Shown here: piece by piece, positions 58,657-64,000 of the stretch
How the letters are laid out: each line of letters begins with the position of its first letter
Position numbering within the stretch: position 1 is the stretch's first letter
From: Podospora anserina
Taxonomy: Eukaryota
Assembly (NCBI GenBank): GCA_017654855.1
Contig: CM030336.1
Location: 744,001 to 808,000, forward strand
Reading direction: 5' to 3'
Length of the DNA: 64,000 nucleotides
Made by a program: the position numbers and the translations under genes
Notes under the pieces: model-generated
What the model saw: the letters and a program-made list of their open reading frames with translations, nothing else
Told to the model about the DNA's origin: nothing
The model's database searches: none

Positions 58657-61600
58657 TATTAGTTTGGGGTGCGGCTATAGGCCTGAGAGTATAAGTAAGG
58701 AAGCGGGGCTCTCAGAGGACTCAGGGGTTCAGGGGTCATGTATATAAGCGGTCTGCTTCGGACATTCTATTTTAGACAAATCATCGACTTTTATTCTTTT
58801 CTTTGTATTTTATACCTTACACGCGTGCAGGCAATTCTAGCCCTCTGATCAGGCTAATCCGGTGCTTATTATATAGCCTGCGAGCCTATAGTGTCTTTTC
58901 TTTGTCCTACGTAAAGTGCGGCCTGCAAGCGAGTCACTATTACGCAAGTGTATTCATTCTGAGACCTATTGAGGGTATATTTATAGTATTGTGGTTATTT
59001 TATATATTTTCTTACTATTTTAAATGGAGGTCGTGCCCGGGTTAAGTAAAGTTTAGGGTTTAAACTAGACTTATAAGCCCTAGGTATTAAAAAAAGTATA
59101 AAGCTATAAACGATAATAAGTACCGATAATTTTATTAAACCCCGCGAGGTTTAACGGAAATAATTTTTTTTTATTTAATCGGATAAAACTTTTTTATTAT
59201 CGATTAAATTTTAAATTTTTTACTTACGAGTAGAGAGTTAAGTATATAGTTCGGATAGGACCGGGAAATAAATTAAAAATATTAATTAAAATTAATTCGT
59301 TAATAAACTTTATTTTTACGTTAATTATTAAAATCCTTTTTTATTTTTAATTAAAAAGAATCCTTTTAATATATTATTTAATAATAATAAATAATCGTAA
59401 AGATTTCCGGGTTAGTTTAATTTAAGATATTAGGAATTTAAAAGTAAAGAAACGAAAATACTTTCCTTTTAATTTAAATAAATATAATTTATATTTATAT
59501 ATTAAAGTTATAAGGAATAACCGTTTTTATATTTTTAATAATATATATAAAGAAAAAACTATATTATTAATGTAAATATAATAATAATTATCGAGTATCG
59601 ATATATTTAATAATATTTTACTTATCGCTTTAATTAACCTTCCCGGTAATAATTAAGGGTATTAAACTTTTATAGTTCGTTCTATAATAAAAGTAATTAT
59701 TTTAGCGGCTAAATCCCCGGAATTATTATTATTTATCCTTTCCTTAATTATAAACCGTATTTATTTTAAAAATATTAAAACCCTTTATTTCCTTTCTAAT
59801 TAAAGTAACCTAATTATAAAACTTAACGCTCTTAATATACTAAATAAACCTCGTACTTACTTAAATCTTATTATTTAAAATTATACTACGCTTTTTACTC
59901 GGTATATTAAATATCCCGCTCCTTTTCCTAAATTTATATATTAATTTTAGTAACTTAAATACTTATATTCTATAAGAGTTTACCCCGACTATCGTTACTT
60001 TTAAAGGTCCCCTATATTTAATTATTTAACCCTCTATCCTATAATATTTATATATTTTCTTTAATATAAATTTTTTAATTTAAAAAAAATTAATTTTAAA
60101 AATAATTTTAAAGGAAATTACTTTATAGAATATTTAAAGCGTTTCGAGAATATTTATAAAGAATATTATATTATAGAATTTACTTTTCGCGTTTATAAAT
60201 TTAAATTTTAATATAATTTCGATATAGGAAAATAAATTAATAAATATATAAACCTACCTATACCTACCGATATTTAATTTATTTTAATTATTTATTTTAA
60301 ATACCTTTTTAAAATCTATAATCCCCGATAAAATAAAAATATTTATAGAGAATTAAATAATTTTTATATTAAAATTATTTTTAAAAATATAAGTAAATTA
60401 AAGAAAATTATTTTTAATTACTTTAAATTACTTTCTTAAGTACCGACCGGAGAGAAAAAGGTAATAAAAACTAAAATTATTAACTGCTTTTAAATAAAAT
60501 TCTCCGAATTAATAAAAATAATTTTTATTAACCGAAGAAAATCCGAACGTCGTTTAAGATCTATAAATTTTATTATTTAAAATAATTAAATTAATAATAT
60601 AATCGAAAATAGGTATAACATAGGAAAAAAAATTTATAAGGAAAATAAATTAATTATTATACCCTCCCTTATTATTTTTAATTAAACGGCCGAAGTATTT
60701 AATTAATATATAGCGATTAATACTATAGTAAATAGAAAAATAATATTATAGTATTTAAAGGTAAATATTTATAATAGTTTTTTTATACCGGAAAATAATA
60801 AATTTAAAATAATAAAGATTTACGTTTAATACTTAAAAGACTAAGTACTTTACTTTTTAAATTTTAATATTAATTTTAATAGGGAAATAAATTTATTTTT
60901 TAATATTTTTTTTATTATTAATACTAAAATTTAATTCGGAAGATTAAAGGGGTAATATTATAATAACCTTCTTTTACTAAAAAAATATTTTTAATATAAT
61001 AAAATTAATTATTATATTAAATTAATAAAATATCTGAAAAAGGAGTATAATAAAGTGTAAGGATTATACTATATTAAAAAAAGTAAAGTATATATTAATA
61101 AAAAAAAATAGTTGGAAAATAAAAAAATATAATTTAATTAAAAGAATATAAGGAAGGCGTAATATAAAAGGAAAGTTAATAATTTAATTTATATTATAAT
61201 TTCGTTAAAATTAAAATTAAATAAGGTCTATAAAATTTATATAAAATAAATTAAATATTAAAAAATTCGTAAGGGTAAAGGATATAGGTTTAAGGTCTTT
61301 TTAATTAAAAAGAAAAAATAAATAATTATTTAAATAATTAAGGTTATAAATATTAAATTAAATAAACTTTATAAATACTTTAAACCCTATATATTATTTA
61401 ATAAGAATTTAATTAATAATTATATTATTAAAAATATTTTATAACGTTATTTAATAAAGAAATAATTATTTAAAAGTATTTTAAAGTACTTTAATAATAT
61501 TTTAATAGTCGTTTATAATTAAAAAATAAAAGTAAAGGTAAGTACGTAAAGAATAAAGAAAATAAAGATTAAGGATTTATTAAAAAAAGATATAAATAAT

Positions 61601-64000
61601 TTAGTTTTAGCCGAAAATCCGAAAGTAATATTTACCCCCGTATAAAAAAAGTTAAAGGTAGTTAAAGAAAGAGTTTCGTCCGATTAAGGGAATAAAGTCC
61701 GGAGTAGCTTAAGGTTATTTAATAATAAAGTAAAGGACTTTAAAGATTATATTATTAAGAAAATTAAAAAGTATATTTATAATTAAATTAAGTTTATATT
61801 AAAAAAGTATTATAAAATTTTATTTATATTTATTTACCGGTTAATAAATTATATAAAAAGTATAGCCGAAAATATTAAAGTAATTAAATAACGTAAATCT
61901 TTTAAAAGTACTCCGAATAAAAAAAAAAAGTTTTATAAAAGGGGAAGGCCTTACCGTTAATAATTCGAACGAATTTTTAAACGGCTAAATATAATAAAAT
62001 TCCTTTATTTAATTAAAAGAAAATTATTTTTATTTTATATAGGATTACGGCGGATAGTAAATATAATATAATTAAAAGAAGTATTTAAGAAAAGATTATC
62101 GAAAGTAAAGTTTAACCGGGTAATAATTTAGAAAAGCGATTATAGACTTTACTATTTACGCCTATTAGCCGGCTTTTTAATAATAAATAAATTTTTTTAA
62201 AAGCCGTTATTCGAATTTATAATATCCTATTACTATATTATAACTTTATTTTATTAATTTTAAAAAAAATATTAATAATATTAAATATAAATTTAAAATA
62301 TAATTTAATTAATAAAACTATAATTAAAAAATTTTATTTATTAATAATATCGATAAACCTATAGTTTAAAGGCCTTTATAGAAATTTAATTACGTTTATA
62401 AATAAAATTTAAATTCTAATAATATTAATTAGGGTTTTAATTTTATATTATTTTTTTATTATTAATAATATTAAAGCTTTAAGTTTTTATAATCTATTAT
62501 TAAATATTTTATTTTTTATAAATATAAACTTTACTTTTAATTTTATAAAGGGCTATATAATTAACGTAAATATATTATATAGGAGAAAACTAATTAAAAT
62601 TTATATAGTAAAAAAAGAGGTAATTAATAAAATAAAAATAAAATATAATAATAAAAATCGAAGTAATACTTTTCTTACTAACTAACTTTTATAGGTATTT
62701 AAAGGATTAATTAATAAAGGAATACTTATCTTTAAATAAATAACGGAGGAACTAAAAGAAAGGAATAAAGTAATTAAAGGACTAAATAAAAAAGTTAAAC
62801 GTTTTTTATTTAATTTTATTTTAAAGAAATTAAGTTTATTATTATTAAATTATTATTTAACGTTTAATATTATTTTTTATAAAAATAAAGAAAAGGGGGA
62901 TATTAAAAGTAAGGGAGGAAAGAATATTAATAATTAAAGGGAAAGAAAGAAAAAAAATATAAAAGACTATTAAAAAAAAAAGTCTTTATTTTAACTTAAA
63001 AGAGTAGAAATTACGATAAGAACTTTAACTTTAAACGAAATTTTAAAGAAAAAACGACCGTTATTACTAACCTTTATAATAAATCTATATTTAGTACTAT
63101 CGTTATTATTATTAAAAATATTATTACCGTTTAATTAAAAAATTAATAAAATAACTTTATTTAAACTTAATATAATATTTTTATATTTAAAAATATTTAA
63201 TTAATCCTTTATTTAATTAAATTAATATAACTTCTTTACTATATAATTATATAAATATTATTTACTTCCGTCCCCTTTTAAAAAAAAAATAATATAAAAA
63301 CTAACTTAATTATTATTTTTAAATAAATTTAATTAATATTTACGGATATTATTATTATTATTATAATATATAAAAAAGTAAATAAAAAAGTAAAGCCGGT
63401 TAATAATATTAAATTAAATAATAATATTCCTAAAGGAAATCTAAATTAAAAAGTAAAAAAATAGGCGGTAATTAAAGAATCCTTATAATATAATTTAGAA
63501 TTTAATAATATTATAATCCTTAAATTTTTTAAAATAATTAAAGGATTATACTTTACTTTAAAACGTTTAATTAATTTAATTAAATAAATTATTAATATTT
63601 TAATAAATTAAAAAATTAAAATATTTATAATAATTTTATTCGTAAAAGAAATTATATTAGTATAAGACTTTACCGAATATAAATAGATCTTTAAAAAAGT
63701 TTTCACTATTTAATATATTAGGACTATTTTTTATAAAGTATAATAAAATAAATTTATTTCGATCTTAAAGCTATTCGTAAAAAAAATTATTAATTTCTTT
63801 AAAGAACGAATTAAGAAAAATATTATTAAAGAAATATATAATCCTTACTATAATAATTAGTTTTTAATAAAGAAAAAGAATAATAATTTTTATTTAATTA
63901 ACGATACCTAAAAATATAATAAAGTTATATAACGAAATACTTTTATTTTACTAAATATTAAAAAGTTTAATAAAAACTTTATAGGATACTTTATTACTTT
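58657..64000 (+). mobile_element. Second gypsy-type retrotransposon, heavily RIP-mutated: putative 5' LTR (~58657..59020), primer-binding site at 59025, decayed protease (~62400-62600) and RT start (~63370-64000); runs off the window
   Basis: A GC-richer LTR-like block is followed by TGGAGGTCGTGCCCGG. By-eye de-RIP reading gives YKKV.KKVKPV, RLTPERL, LAWDFTE, PY.N.WFL.KKKN..L.LIND.QKYNKV. CpA/TpG are almost absent. The LTR boundaries, and continuity across 59-62 kb, are uncertain. Confidence 0.65.

Noticed and set aside
55657-59045. Short ORFs 55657..55920 and 58803..59045
   Set aside because: They lie within LTR sequence and are chance open frames.
54057-64000. Organellar insertion, CRISPR array or Starship boundary
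   Set aside because: The AT richness has the CpA/TpG-depleted RIP signature and contains gag/pol remnants. No repeat-spacer array or tyrosine-recombinase gene was seen.

Overview
Fungal (Sordariomycete) genomic DNA with short GT-AG introns and repeat-induced point mutation (RIP). The style of the repeats suggests Podospora or a close Sordariales relative, but this is inference only. Bases 1 to ~54,050 are gene-dense euchromatin: a giant NRPS-like gene whose carrier, adenylation and most condensation motifs are inactivated; two SAM methyltransferases; three intron-containing tRNA genes (Arg-CCT, Gly-CCC, Phe-GAA); a metallophosphoesterase; a head-to-head STU2/XMAP215 and LIS1/nudF pair; several hypothetical or secreted proteins; a group of hemicellulose-use genes (CE1 esterase, MFS sugar porter, GH3 beta-xylosidase, GH93 arabinanase); a SYLF-domain protein; a Zn2Cys6 transcription factor; and one or two pseudogenes. 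From 54,057 to the end is an AT-rich, RIP-mutated island of nested transposons: two pogo/Fot1 ends, three related LTRs, a solo LTR with a 5-bp target-site duplication (TSD) inside a gypsy gag, and a second gypsy element with a tRNA-Gln-type primer-binding site and decayed protease/RT. All motif calls were made by eye; no searches were run.
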